From assembly GCA_002269645.1 (NCBI GenBank), contig NIVC01000010.1, positions 1,984,001 through 2,048,000 of the forward strand: a stretch of 64,000 nucleotides of DNA, given 5' to 3'. The position numbers and the translations under genes are program-made. The notes under the pieces are model-generated. The model made no database searches and was not told the origin of the DNA. It saw only the letters and a list, made by a program, of their open reading frames with translations. The stretch comes from Macrostomum lignano. Lineage: Eukaryota. Positions 46,112 through 57,425 of this stretch are shown one piece after another (position 1 is the stretch's first letter; each line of letters starts with the position of its first letter).

Positions 46112-48920
46112 ATGGCTAAGAAAGCATCACTTCCACTGCCAGACCAGCAGCAACAGCAGAGTCTGTCTGATGCCATCAAAGATGGCTGGAACAGTCTGCG
46201 CTATCGACTGTCATTTCGCAGTTCGCACTCTGGAAGCAGCAATGCCAGCTATGTAGCAGGCAGCAGTTCTGCTACTACTTCTAGTAGCAATAGCAACAGC
46301 AATACAGATCGACGTTATATTCTTCGCCTGCGTAAATATCTTCCGATTTGGTTGCTAGGCACAGAGTATAACGTTGTCAATCTGTCAGACTCTGAACGCC
46401 TACAACAAGACTTGGCGTCACAGTTTATTCATTTAACTTACCGGCGCGGCATACAGCCAGGTCTGGTCTCCAGCGCCACTGGCCGGGTCTATCGCACAGA
46501 TGCCGGCTGGGGCTGCATGCTGAGATGCGCCCAGATGCTTCTGGCCACCGCTCTGTGCAGAATCTCTTGCCTGACTGACTTGCCATTGGATGTTGAACTG
46601 TTTGCGGACGATGGTCCATTGTCCATTGCTGCTCTGCTGACTGGCTGCGGACTTCAACCAGGCGACTGGTCTGGCCCGGCTACCGCTTGCAGGGCCCTGT
46701 CCAGTGTTGTTCGGCTGACCAATGATATCATTGGCCAGGGTAGGCTGCGCGTCCATGTGGCTAACGACTCCTGCGTCTGTAGGGACCGATTGATGTCGGC
46801 TTGGATGCCGGAGGATGATGCTTGCCACGACGATTCTACTGAAAAGTCTGTGGTTGGGGAAGATTCGGGAATTAAAATTCAACAAGATCAGGTAGGTTTA
46901 TTAATGGTATTGAGATTATTTTAATGAAAGATAAACTCCTGTTTATAATGTCTGTCGGGTCTTTGTCGAGCGAATCCTATCTAAAGGGTATTGTCTGTAT
47001 CCAGGAATGAGAGGTGAATCCTATACAAGTCTTGATCTATCTTGGAGCAATTCCCCCATGGAGTCTTTATCCATCTTGGAGCGATTCCTCTATTGAGTCT
47101 TTATCCATGTTGGAGCGATTCGCCCATGGAGTCTTTATCCATCTTGGAGTGATTCTCCCATGGAGTCTTTATCCACCTTGGAGAGATTCTCCCATGGAGT
47201 CTTTATCCATCTTGTAGCGATTCCCCCATTAAATCTTTATCCATCTGGGCAAATCCTCATGTGAGTTTTTATCCACCTGAGCTACATCCTCACGAGTATT
47301 TCTCCATCTGAGCAATTACCGTTGATTTGTTTACCATTTTCTAAAAATATTTTAGCAGTCGACTTAAAGTTCTCGAAGTTTGTTTGGATTTCTCTGCATC
47401 CCCGTCTGTTCCAGCCGCTGCCACCGCTGCTGCTGCTGCTGCTGCCTCTCCGTCTGGGCGGCGCCTCGCTCGCCCACCCTGACCATCTGGCAGCTCTGCA
47501 GTCGCTGCTCCGCCAGCCCTCCTGCCTCGGTGTACTCGGCGGCCGGCCTCGACGCTCCGTGTACTTTTGTGGTTACCAAGGCGACCGACTGCTCGGCTTG
47601 GATCCGCACGACAGATGCGTTCGGGACTGGCGAGCCCAGCTGCGGAACAGCCGGCCTCGGTTCGTGTCTTATCGCCGCCTGGACCCCAGCTGCGCTGTCG
47701 GCTTCCTGCTGGACAGCAGGACTGAGCTGGATAGGTAGATGCTGCTTCTCTGATGCTGGGCCAGCCTCCCAGATCCTCAGTTGCTGGGCCAGCCTCCCAG
47801 ATCCTCAGTTGCTGGGCCAGCCTCCCAGATCCTCAGTTGCTGGGCCAGCCTCCCAGATCCTCAGTTGCTGGGCCAGCCTCCCAGATCCTCAGTTGCTGGG
47901 CCAGCCTCCCAGATCCTCAGTTGCTGGGCCAGCCTCCCAGATCCTCAGTTGCTGGGCCAGCCTCCCAGATCCTCAGTTGCTGGGCCAGCCTCCCAGATCC
48001 TCAGTTGCTGGGCCAGCCTCCCAGATCCTCAGTTGCTGGGCCAGCCTCCCAGATCCTCAGTTGCTGGGCCAGCCTCCCAGATCCTCAGTTGCTGGACCAG
48101 CCACTCTATCAGATCAGTGTGTTAGGTATTGCTCTTAGATCCTCATTTTTCCTCTTACATCCTCATTTTTGCTCTTACATCCTCATTTCCCTTTTGCATC
48201 CTCATTTTCCCTCTTACATCCTCATTTTCCCTCTTACATCCTCATTTTCCTTCTTACATCCTCATTTTCCCTCTTACATCCTCATTTTCCTTCTTACATC
48301 CTCATTTTCCTTCTTACATCCTCATTTTCCTTCTTACATCCTCATTTTCCTTCTTACATCCTCATTTTCCTTCTTACATCCTCATTTTCCCTCTTACATC
48401 CTCATTTTCCTTCTTACATCCTCATTATCTCTCTTACATCCTGATTTTCCCTCTCAGATCCTCATCCCCCCCTGTCACAGTGCATCCTAAATCCCACTCC
48501 AGACTGCTGACCTGCCTGGACGTGGAGTGCCGCGGTCTGGCCTGTGTGGTGCAGAGCTCCCGCGACCTCTGGCCGCCATCCGGCGTCACCATCACCTCCC
48601 TGGCCATGTCAGACCAGGGCAGTTGCTACGCGGATGTTGGCCGAGCCAGTCTAGCTGGAAATGATAACAACAGAGGTCAGCCAGGGTACGACTGCGACGG
48701 AGCGGAGGACGCGGAAGGCGGCATTGTGGTTGGCGCATCGGCTAGCGAGTTCTTTCACCTGTCGGGCAGGTGCGGCATCAACAGCTCCAGACGGCCGAGG
48801 CAGGTGCTGCCTATTGACGATGAAGTGGAGCCTGATGCTGATGCTGATGCTGATTGCCAGCTGGAAAGCGATTGCGCAGATTCTGAGCTGTCTGAAGAAT
48901 TTGATTTCGTTATGATTTAA
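46112..48920 (+). CDS. ATG4: Autophagy cysteine protease ATG4 (peptidase C54), ATG4C/D-like, ~505 aa, 3 exons
   Basis: Exons 46112-46891, 47415-47734, 48503-48920 (an in-frame alternative acceptor at 48458 is possible). Motifs: WLLG, LTYR, DAGWGCMLRCAQM (catalytic Cys), PLRLG, LGVLGGRP, LDPH (catalytic Asp/His), LDPSCAVGF, and an acidic C-terminal LIR-like EEFDFVMI. Confidence 0.93.
47030..47310. repeat. Degenerate 34-bp minisatellite in ATG4 intron 1 (~8 copies)
   Basis: Unit cttggagcgattcccccatggagtctttatccat. Confidence 0.85.
47754..48095. repeat. Near-perfect 28-bp minisatellite in ATG4 intron 2 (~12 copies)
   Basis: Unit gctgggccagcctcccagatcctcagtt. The 84-nt period of the shadow ORFs equals 3 units. 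Confidence 0.95.
48133..48465. repeat. 20-bp pyrimidine-rich minisatellite in ATG4 intron 2 (~16 copies)
   Basis: Unit catcctcattttccttctta / catcctcattttccctctta. Confidence 0.95.
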
Positions 48921-49006
48921 AAGTACTTCAGAGTAGGAGACACAACTGAATTTGTTTTAATAATTCAGAAAAACGTTTTTTTTTAAAAATATTTTTAGTA
49001 CAATGT

Positions 49007-49012
49007 AATAAA
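49007..49012 (+). terminator. Probable ATG4 polyadenylation signal AATAAA
   Basis: 87 nt downstream of the ATG4 stop, in AT-rich sequence. Confidence 0.45.
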
Positions 49013-49064
49013 TTTAATCAGACAAGGTGCCAAGTTCTCTCAGTTATTTATTAATTGTTGTCTG

Positions 49065-50812
49065 GTGTATCCCACTCTACTGTCTCCCATGTCTCCCTCC
49101 CCCTCTATTTTATCTCCTAATTCTCCTTCTCGCTGTCTACTATCTTCCATGTCTCCCTCTCCAACTCTACTATCTCCCATGTCTCCCTCTCCCACTCTAC
49201 TATCTCCCATGACTCCTTCTTCCACTCTACTATCTCCCATGACTCCTTCTTCCACTCTACTATCTCCCATGACTTCTTCCACTCTACTATCTCCCATGTC
49301 TCCCTCTCCCCCTCTACTATCTCCCGTGTCTCCCTCTCCCACTCTACTGTCTCCCATGTCTCCCTCTCCCACTCTACTATCTCCCATGTCTCCCTCTCCC
49401 ACTCTACTGTCTCCCATGTCTCCCTCTCCCACTCTACTATCTCCCATGTCTCCCTCTCCCACTCTACTATCTCCCATGTCTCCCTCTCCCCCTCTACTGT
49501 CTCCCATGTCTCCCTCTCCCCCTCTACTGTCTCCCATGTCTCCCTCTCCCCCTCTACTGTCTCCCATGTCTCCCTCTCCCACTCTACTATCTCCCATGTC
49601 TTCCTCTCCCACTCTACTATCTCCCATGTCTTCCTCTCCCACTCTACTGTCTTCCATGACTCCTTCTTCCACTCTACTATCTTCCATGTCTTCCTCTCCC
49701 ACTCTACTATCTCCCATGACTCCCTCTCCCACTCTACTGTCTCTCCTGTCTTTCTCTCCCACTCTACTATCTCCCCTGTCTCCCTCTCTCACTCTACTAT
49801 CTCCCATGTCTTCCTCTCCCACTCTACTATCTCCCATGTTTCCCTCTCCCACTCTACTATCTCCCATGTCTCCCTCTCCCACTCTACTATCTCCCATGTC
49901 TCCCTCTCCCACTCTACTATCTCCCATGTCTCCCTCTCCCACTCTACTACGTATCTCCCATGTCTCCCTCTCCCACTCTACTATCTCCCATGTCTCCCTC
50001 TCCCCCTCTACTATCTCCCATTTCTACCTCCCCCTCTACTGTCTCCCATGTCTCCCTCTCCCCCTCTACTATCTCCCATGTCTCCCTCTCCCACTCTACT
50101 GTCTCTCCTGTCTTTCTCTCCCACTCTACTATATCCCCTGTCTCCCTCTCCCACTCTACTGTCTCTCCTGTCTTTCTCTCCCACTCTACTATCTCCCCTG
50201 TCTCCCTCTCTCACTCTACTATCTCCCATGTCTTCCTCTCCCACTCTACTATCTCCCATGTTTCCCTCTCCCACTCTACTATCTCCCATGTCTCCCTCTC
50301 CCACTCTACTATCTCCCATGTCTCCCTCTCCCACTCTACTATCTCCCATGTCTCCCTCTCCCACTCTACTACGTATCTCCCATGTCTCCCTCTCCCACTC
50401 TACTATCTCCCATGTCTCCCTCTCCCACTCTACTATCTCCCATGTCTCCCTCTCCCCCTCTACTATCTCCCATTTCTACCTCCCCCTCTACTGTCTCCCA
50501 TGTCTCCCTCTCCCCCTCTACTATCTCCCATGTCTCCCTCTCCCACTCTACTGTCTCTCCTGTCTTTCTCTCCCACTCTACTATATCCCCTGTCTCCCTC
50601 TCCCACTCTACTATCTCCCATGTCTCCCTCTCCCCCTCTACTATCTCCCATTTCTACCTCCCCCTCTACTGTCTCCCATGTCTCCCTCTCCCCCTCTACT
50701 ATCTCCCATGTCTCCCTCTCCCACTCTACTGTCTCTCCTGTCTTTCTCTCCCACTCTACTATATCCCCTGTCTCCCTCTCCCACTCTACTGTCTCCCATG
50801 TCTCCCTCTATT
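49065..50812. repeat. 30-bp strand-asymmetric minisatellite (ctcccatgtctccctctcccactctactat), ~58 copies, intergenic between ATG4 and ABCD4
   Basis: Direct repeats. Plus strand almost G-free. A 4-nt insertion variant (ctactacgtatctcc) recurs at ~49945 and ~50367, indicating a ~420-bp block duplication. Confidence 0.95.
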
Positions 50813-52010
50813 TAGCTCTGCTACCATTTTGTTCTCCCAGACTCTGTCTCACCGATACTGTTAAAAATTTCAAAGTTTATCTGCACTGTATTTGCATACA
50901 TGATCAATTGTACATGACCACCGCTCGTTAGCGGATTTACATTATCGAAGATTTTTTGCTGTATCTGTGTTATCAGTCATAATTTAGTTTGCTAAATTTA
51001 AGACCGATGTGTTCCAGTGATAAACATAGCCGCATGTCTGTATATACATGTGTAAATATTGATATATCCTTTGAATGTGCTGTACAGGTCAAACAGTTTT
51101 TATGTAGGTGAATTTGTTTCAACTTTCTTGCGCTATTATCTGTTTGTACGAATATATATAGGCGATGTTAATAACTTCATTTAATTAGCCTTGTATATTA
51201 CGTACCCTTTTAACATGGTAAAAGGTGTCACTATTTTATCAAAGAATATATAAAATATATTGATTTTTGTGGGGCAGGTTTAATTAATCGTTAAAGTGTA
51301 AATATGAATTGGTTAATTATTTTTACATACCATTTTAGTATAATTCGACTTTTATATTCTTATATAGGCAGTTATATATGACATAATCTGATTAATCTGA
51401 TATAATCTGACATAGCCTACTTAAGTTAGTAGAAAGTTAAGCGCTAACAAAACGACTCTTTATCGCGACTCCTTTACCATTCTGCAACTCACGTGATGCG
51501 CCCGTGACTCAACAGTCGCCTATCTGTCGCATTGCAGTCGTTTGAGTCGTGTAAAAGTCGCAAGAGTCACCCCAGGGTCACTAGTGAGTTGTTTGTCATG
51601 ACTAGCGAATCTTGTCAACTATATCTGTTGAACCGTAATGTATGACAAAAAAGCAAAATCTAGAAAAAAGAAGCTTGACTAGTGTACAATAATTGTGGAT
51701 TCATAATTCTGGACTAAATAAGTACCATAAAGTTATTTTTCCAGTTTTTTTCCGCGTTCGGCGGCGCGCAGAAGTGTTGAGCGCATTTGTCTTATCAGGT
51801 CTGAAAACAGTTTGGTGGGAAAGTGATAAATATTTATGCCATTTCACAGAGTCAAGTTTCGGTTCTCTGTCAGACTTTACTTTTAGTGCATTTTGCCTTC
51901 GTTTCTCATTCTGCATGCTGTTATGTATAAATAAGTAATATAACCGTCTTCTTGTGCCCTGCTCTTTCAGCCATAGTGGAAGATTGGCTGGCTTTAAAGA
52001 AGAGTTTGGT

Positions 52011-55000
52011 ATGTCCTACTTCCACGTGTCCAGCAGGGGCTCCTCTGTGCTGCCAGTGTCAGAAGCTGGCGCACAGAGTGACCTGTCAGCTGGCGTCGAT
52101 GGTGCCAGCGTGGTTGACCCTGCGGCTAAGTGAGTTATCGCTTTGTGCTGTGTCTGCGTTTCGGAGTGTAGATAAATGAAAATATGGCACTTTTTGAATA
52201 AATATAAGACAAATAAGACAGGCATAGAGAGAAGGCAGACACAAAGACAGACAAACAGACAGACACTGAGACACACAGATTGACAGACAGACAGACAGAC
52301 AGACAGCCAGGCCCACAGACAAACACTGAGACAGAAATACAGATTGACAGACAGACAGACAGACAGACACAGAGAGGCATGCTAATAGACAGCCTGTATC
52401 GACACTCACGCACACTAGATGGTGTACAAGCTGGACCAAGTGCAGGAAATATAAAAAAACTACTCCCATGCAATTTTAGATTCCAATTTAACATACATTT
52501 TGGGAAGCGAGTCTTTCAACTATTTCGCGTTGTATTTCCTAACGTCTGCTCAAAGAATACGGCACTGTTTGCATTTCTACTTCTACTCAGCGTTTTGGGT
52601 ATGTAGCTTATATATTTTTAAATAGGCTGTTTTATATTTAGGAATATTTTTTAGTATTTGGACTAGCTCAAATCCCCCCCCCCGAGGGGGAGATGAGGAA
52701 ACTTCAACTTAAGCATGAATTATTATTACTTTTATAAATTATTGGGATTTCTATCGATTGTGAAATTTGAGTAATCTGTAAGAATTAAGTCTCCAGACTT
52801 GTGTAGCTTCTGTTGATCAGAGAGGCTGGGGCAGTGTAAAATGGTGAGGCAAAAGATGGCGAGAAGTTTTGCTTCAAAATGATTTTTCAGAACAAATCAC
52901 CGCCTATAATGTCGGCATGATATCTAGTCAGTATTACAAGGCGCTGGGCGATACAGATGTGCCATTGTTCTGGCGAGTCACGCTCACGGCTTCGGCGCTT
53001 ATTGTTGGCATTGTGGCTGTGAGTAGTTTTTAAAAAAAACCTCGCTTACTATTAGTAGCGCATACGAATATCACTGTCGCAAAATTATATTTTCAGTGAA
53101 ATTTTTTCTTTTAGATAAAGAGTACCAAAAACTTTGTGTCCGGCTTGCTGTATTTGAATTTGCGACGTCAAATCACCGAAAATCTTCATCTGGCCTATCT
53201 GCACAAGAAGGCCTTCTACATGCTGCATATCTATACTGAGATTGACAATCCGTGAGTGTGCCGCTGTGCCGCTGTGTGTCTGCTTCTGTCCATCTGTGTG
53301 TCTGTCTGCTTGTCTGTCAGTCTGTCTGTCTGTCCATCTGTCTGTCTGTCTGTCTGTCTGCCTGTCTGCCTGTCCGTCTGCCCGTCACTAACCCAGGTAA
53401 TTCCTCACTCTCACGCAGCGACCAGCGAATCGCCCAAGACGTGGAGCGAATGTGCCGGGCCTTCAGCGGCATGGTTGACACCCTGCTAGTGTCGCCATTC
53501 ATAATCGCGTATTACACCTACGAATGCGTGAGGATCACTGGCTGGTTGGGTCCCGGCGCGTCTCTGGCATTCTTTGTGCTGGCCACCGTGGCCAACCGCT
53601 ACCTGCTCCAGTTGGTGTCGCGTGCCGTAGTCCGCCAGGAGGCCGGCGAAGGCGACTTTCGGCATCGACATTCGCAGGTGATAATTATAGAAATGCTTTG
53701 TTGACAGTTTCGAATGCTTGAGTTATGCAATTAGTAACAATTCTTGTTCATTCATTTTTCCCTAGATTAATTTATTAGTAAATTCATTAAGCCTCATTAG
53801 GTTATTATTACCTTCATTAAGCTCCATATTAGGCTATAAGTACATGTACATTCTTTATTCCTTACATAGGCTATTAGTACATTCATTAGGCCTTATATTA
53901 GGCTATTAGTACATTCATTTAGCTGCATATTAGGTTATTAGTAGCTCGTACATTAATTAAGCCTCATATTATGCTATTAGTACATTCATTTAGCTGCATA
54001 TTAGGTTATTAGTAGCTCGTACATTCATTAAGCCTCATATTAGGCAATGAGTACATTCATTAAGCCTCATATTAGGCTATTAGTACAATAATTAGGCCTC
54101 ATATTAGGCAATGGGTACATTCATTAAGCCTCATATTAGGCTATTAGTACAATAATTAGGCCTCATATTAGGCTATTAGTACATTCATTAGGTCTCATAT
54201 TAGGCTATTAGTACATTCATTAGTATTGACAGATTAAGCCAGCTAATCCCATTCATTTTCAGATCCGCATCAGTGCCGAATCCGCGGCATTTCACGATTG
54301 CGAACAAGTGGAACTTGAGCAGTGCTCAGCCTCGCTGGAATCGCTGCTATCGCTTCAACGCCGAGTGGTGCTTCGCCAATATGCGCTGACTGCATTTGTC
54401 AATTTCTGCGATTACGCGGCCAGCATTGGCAGCTACCTGTCACTGGCTGTGCCCATCTTTGCCGGAGTCTACGACAGCTTATCTAGAACTGACCTGGCCT
54501 CGCTAATTAGTCGCACTTTATTTGTAATGATCTACCTGTTCCACCAGTTCACTAAACTGATTGATTTGGCTATTGAGGCTGGCGACATTATTGGCACATC
54601 GCATCGCGTGTTGGAGCTGAGCGAAGCTTTGCAAAACTGTCACCGTAGCTGCTATTCGGATTGGTGCTTCGATTCTGCCGCTGCCAATGCTGCCGCTAGT
54701 TGCGACACCTTTGTTGTCGATAGGGTTGGAGATGCCGACATGGCGTTGATGCGACCGGTGTTGGAGTTTCGCGGGTTGTGCGTTAAACCGCCTGGACCGG
54801 GGGATAGACTGCTGATTAAAGGTGAGATGAGAGTCAGGTAGGGAACTGAGAATAGATTGAGGTGAGATGAGAGTCAGTTATGGAACTGAAAATAGATTCG
54901 GATGAGACTCGGTGAGATGAGAGTCAGTTAGATAACTGAGATTAGATTGAGGTGAGATGAGAATCGGATAGATAACTGAGATTAGATTGAGGTGAGATAA

Positions 55001-56827
55001 GAGTCGGGTAGATAACTGAGATTAGATGGAGGTCAGACTCGGTGAGATAAGAGTCAGGTAGGGAACTGAGATTAGACTGAGGTGAGATGAGACTCAGGGA
55101 ACTGAGATTAGATTGAGGTGAGATGAGAGTCAGGGAACTGAGATTAGATTGAGGTGAGATGAGAATCGAGTAGAGAACTGAGAATAGATTGAGGTGAGAT
55201 GAGAATCGGGTAGATAACTGAGAATAGATTGAGGTGAGATGAGAGTCGGGTAGAGAACTGAGAATAGATTGAGGTGAGATGAGAGTCAGGTAGGGAACTG
55301 AGAATAGATTGAGGTGGGACTCGGTGAGATGAGAGTCAGGTAGGGAACTGAGATTAGATTGAGGTGAGATGAGAGTCAGGTAGGGAACTGAGAATAGATT
55401 GAGGTGAAACTGGGTGAGATGAGAGTCAGGTAGGGAACTGAGAATAGATTGAGGTGAAACTGGGTGAGATGAGAGTCAGGTAGGGAACTGAGAGTATTGA
55501 AACACAGACTGGCTAAGAGCTTGTATAAACACAATTATTATAATTCACAAGTATAGTTTACCAACATTTTTTTATCTTTGCCTTATCAGTATTCAAATCT
55601 AATTTAGTGAGCAATACATTATAATTAAAGCCAATGAAAACAAGTAATGCTTATCTGTCTCTCTGTCTATTTTTACCGCGTGATATTGTGTTGAAATCAA
55701 ATAAATATTTTTAGTCTGTTTGAAAGTGGTGTGAGTGTGTGTACATTTAAAGGTCGGAAAATTAAACCTATTTTTTGTATTTTCTAAAGTACGCATTGTA
55801 CTCTTCACAATGTTCTTTGTTTTGCACTAATTTATTTTTTCTAATTTCTTTTTAAAAACAGGCCTAAGCTTATCCTTGAACCCCGGCGACTCCCTGCTAA
55901 TCACCGGTCCCAGCGGTTGCGGTAAAACGGCCCTTTTGCGAACCGTTTCCGGTCTATGGCGCCCGGCAACCGGAAGCTATTCAGAAGAGCGCCAAATTCT
56001 GATGGCTGTCAAAGGCGCCGCTGGCCGATCGAACGAGCCGCTGCAGGTTCTGTTCGCGCCACAGAGGCCGTACTTTACCGCTGGTGGCACCCTGCTGCAA
56101 CAGGTGCCTGCTGCTTTTTTCGTTTTTTAACCAAGTCTTTGAATCGCCCCAGTAACCAGCTCTAGAACCAGCCCTAATAACCAGCCCTAGTAACCAGCCC
56201 TAATAACCAGCCCTAGAATCGCCCCAGTAACCAGCTCTAGAATCGCTCCAGTAACCAGTCCTAGAATCGCCCCAGTAACCAGCCCCAGTAACCAGCCCTA
56301 GTAACCAGCCCTAGTAACCAGCCCTAGTAACCAGCCCTAGTAACCAGCCCTAGTAACCAGCCCTAGTAACCAGCCCTAGTAATCGCACCGCATTGCAGGT
56401 GGTGTTTCCCCGCCGTCTCACTGCTCAGCTGCGGACCAGCTTAGATTTCTCCTGGCTGGAGTCGCGCTTGGCGTTGCTGCACCTATCGGAGCTGCTGGAT
56501 CGCGGCGGTGGCAGTTCAAGCAGCGGCTGGGACTCTGTGATGGATTGGTCAGTCAGTCTGAGCCCCGGTGAGCAGCAGCGGTTAGTGACGCTTCGGTGTT
56601 TGTTTCACAGGCCGCGTCTACTGCTGCTTGACGAAGCCACCAGCGCTCTGGACTCGGATCTTGAAGCTGTTGTCTACGAATTGTTGCTAAGGGATTTGCC
56701 AGAACTCTGCCTGGTTAGCGTTGGTCATCGATCCAGTCTGCGGCGGTATCATCAAAAGGAGTTAGCTCTGACTGTTGATCCTGAGGTTTATTATATTAAA
56801 GACATTGATCAGCAGTCCTACATGTGA
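52011..56827 (+). CDS. ABCD4: ABC subfamily D half transporter, ABCD4-like (lysosomal cobalamin exporter family), ~663 aa, 8 exons
   Basis: Exons 52011-52129, 52480-52598, 52891-53018, 53115-53251, 53419-53677, 54263-54821, 55862-56103, 56399-56827; all GT-AG and phase-consistent. Motifs: [42 protein letters not shown] (EAA loop), Walker [15 protein letters not shown], signature LSPGEQQRL, Walker [14 protein letters not shown]-loop SVGHR. The N-terminal and TM segments resemble ABCD4 as recalled, not ABCD1-3. Confidence 0.9.
52232..52372 (+). repeat. (CAGA)n-rich microsatellite in ABCD4 intron 1
   Basis: gacagacagacagacagacag runs. Confidence 0.9.
53275..53385 (+). repeat. (TCTG)n-rich microsatellite in ABCD4 intron 4
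   Basis: tctgtctgtctgtctgtctg runs. Confidence 0.9.
53780..54225. repeat. ~32-bp AT-rich minisatellite in ABCD4 intron 5
   Basis: Unit attcattaagcctcatattaggctattagtac with variants. Confidence 0.9.
54821..55493. repeat. 40-bp minisatellite in ABCD4 intron 6 beginning exactly at the 5' splice site (~16 copies)
   Basis: Unit ggtgagatgagagtcaggtagggaactgagaatagattga. Confidence 0.95.
56150..56382. repeat. 13-bp minisatellite in ABCD4 intron 7
   Basis: Unit tagtaaccagccc with variants; ends just before the acceptor at 56398. Confidence 0.9.
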
Positions 56828-56854
56828 AAGCCAACGTTATATTTGGGACGATTA

Positions 56855-57425
56855 CGAGGGTTGTCACAGAAATGGCGGGAAGGGCTGGTACGGAGGGTGA
56901 CTGTGATATTCAAATTTGATGCAACTTGCGTCATAAGTAGAAAAAATCCAACGGTTGTTTTTTAAATGGGGTAAAAATTCCAATTCATTCCCCAAGTCGA
57001 GGGGTCTGCAAAGTCGGTCACGCAGCATCGCCATCGACTTTTCGACGAAGTCACCCCTCAGCCTGCAGCCTGCAACTGCTTCTGCTTCTGCTTCTGCTTC
57101 AGATTAGCTTCTGCTTTTTTTCAAGGGCTTATATGCTCGTTTGCTTATCTTCAGCTTCTTCGTTTGCTTTTGTTTTCGAATCGATGGTTCTGACTAAACA
57201 TCAAAAGTTTAGTCTATGGCCAGCATAGTAGGCTCGACTTGGTGCAACTCTATCCCTTACCCCTTGTTCTGATTATAGGCATAACTATTTAATGAATTGA
57301 CATTTTTACCCCATTTAAAAAACAACCGTTGGATTTCTTCTACTTATGACGCAAGTTGCATCAAATTCGAATATCACAGTCAGCCTCTGTACCAGTTTTT
57401 CCCGCTGTTTCTGGGACAACCCTCG
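56855..57425. mobile_element. Mariner-type MITE (571 bp, ~130-bp TIRs, TA TSD) immediately 3' of the ABCD4 stop
   Basis: TA|cgagggttgtc ... gacaaccctcg|TA. The TIRs share gtgactgtgatattc(a/g)aatttgatgcaacttgcgtcataagtaga..aatccaacggttgttttttaaatggggtaaaaat. Confidence 0.85.

Noticed and set aside
47380-48490. ORFs with LLGQPPRSSVAGPASQILSCWASLPDPQ and LLHPHFPSYILIF repeats
   Set aside because: Read-through of intronic 28- and 20-bp repeats, whose units are not multiples of 3. ATG4 motifs define the true exons.
49040-50931. 300-600-aa ORFs (MGDSRVGEGD / LLSPMSPSPT repeats)
   Set aside because: Translations of a 30-bp minisatellite. Frame-breaking 4-nt insertions and deletions occur within the array, and there is no splice or start context.
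51465-51570. Imperfect hairpin upstream of ABCD4
   Set aside because: Short, mismatched pairing with no clear TSD or termini; not enough support to call a MITE or ncRNA.
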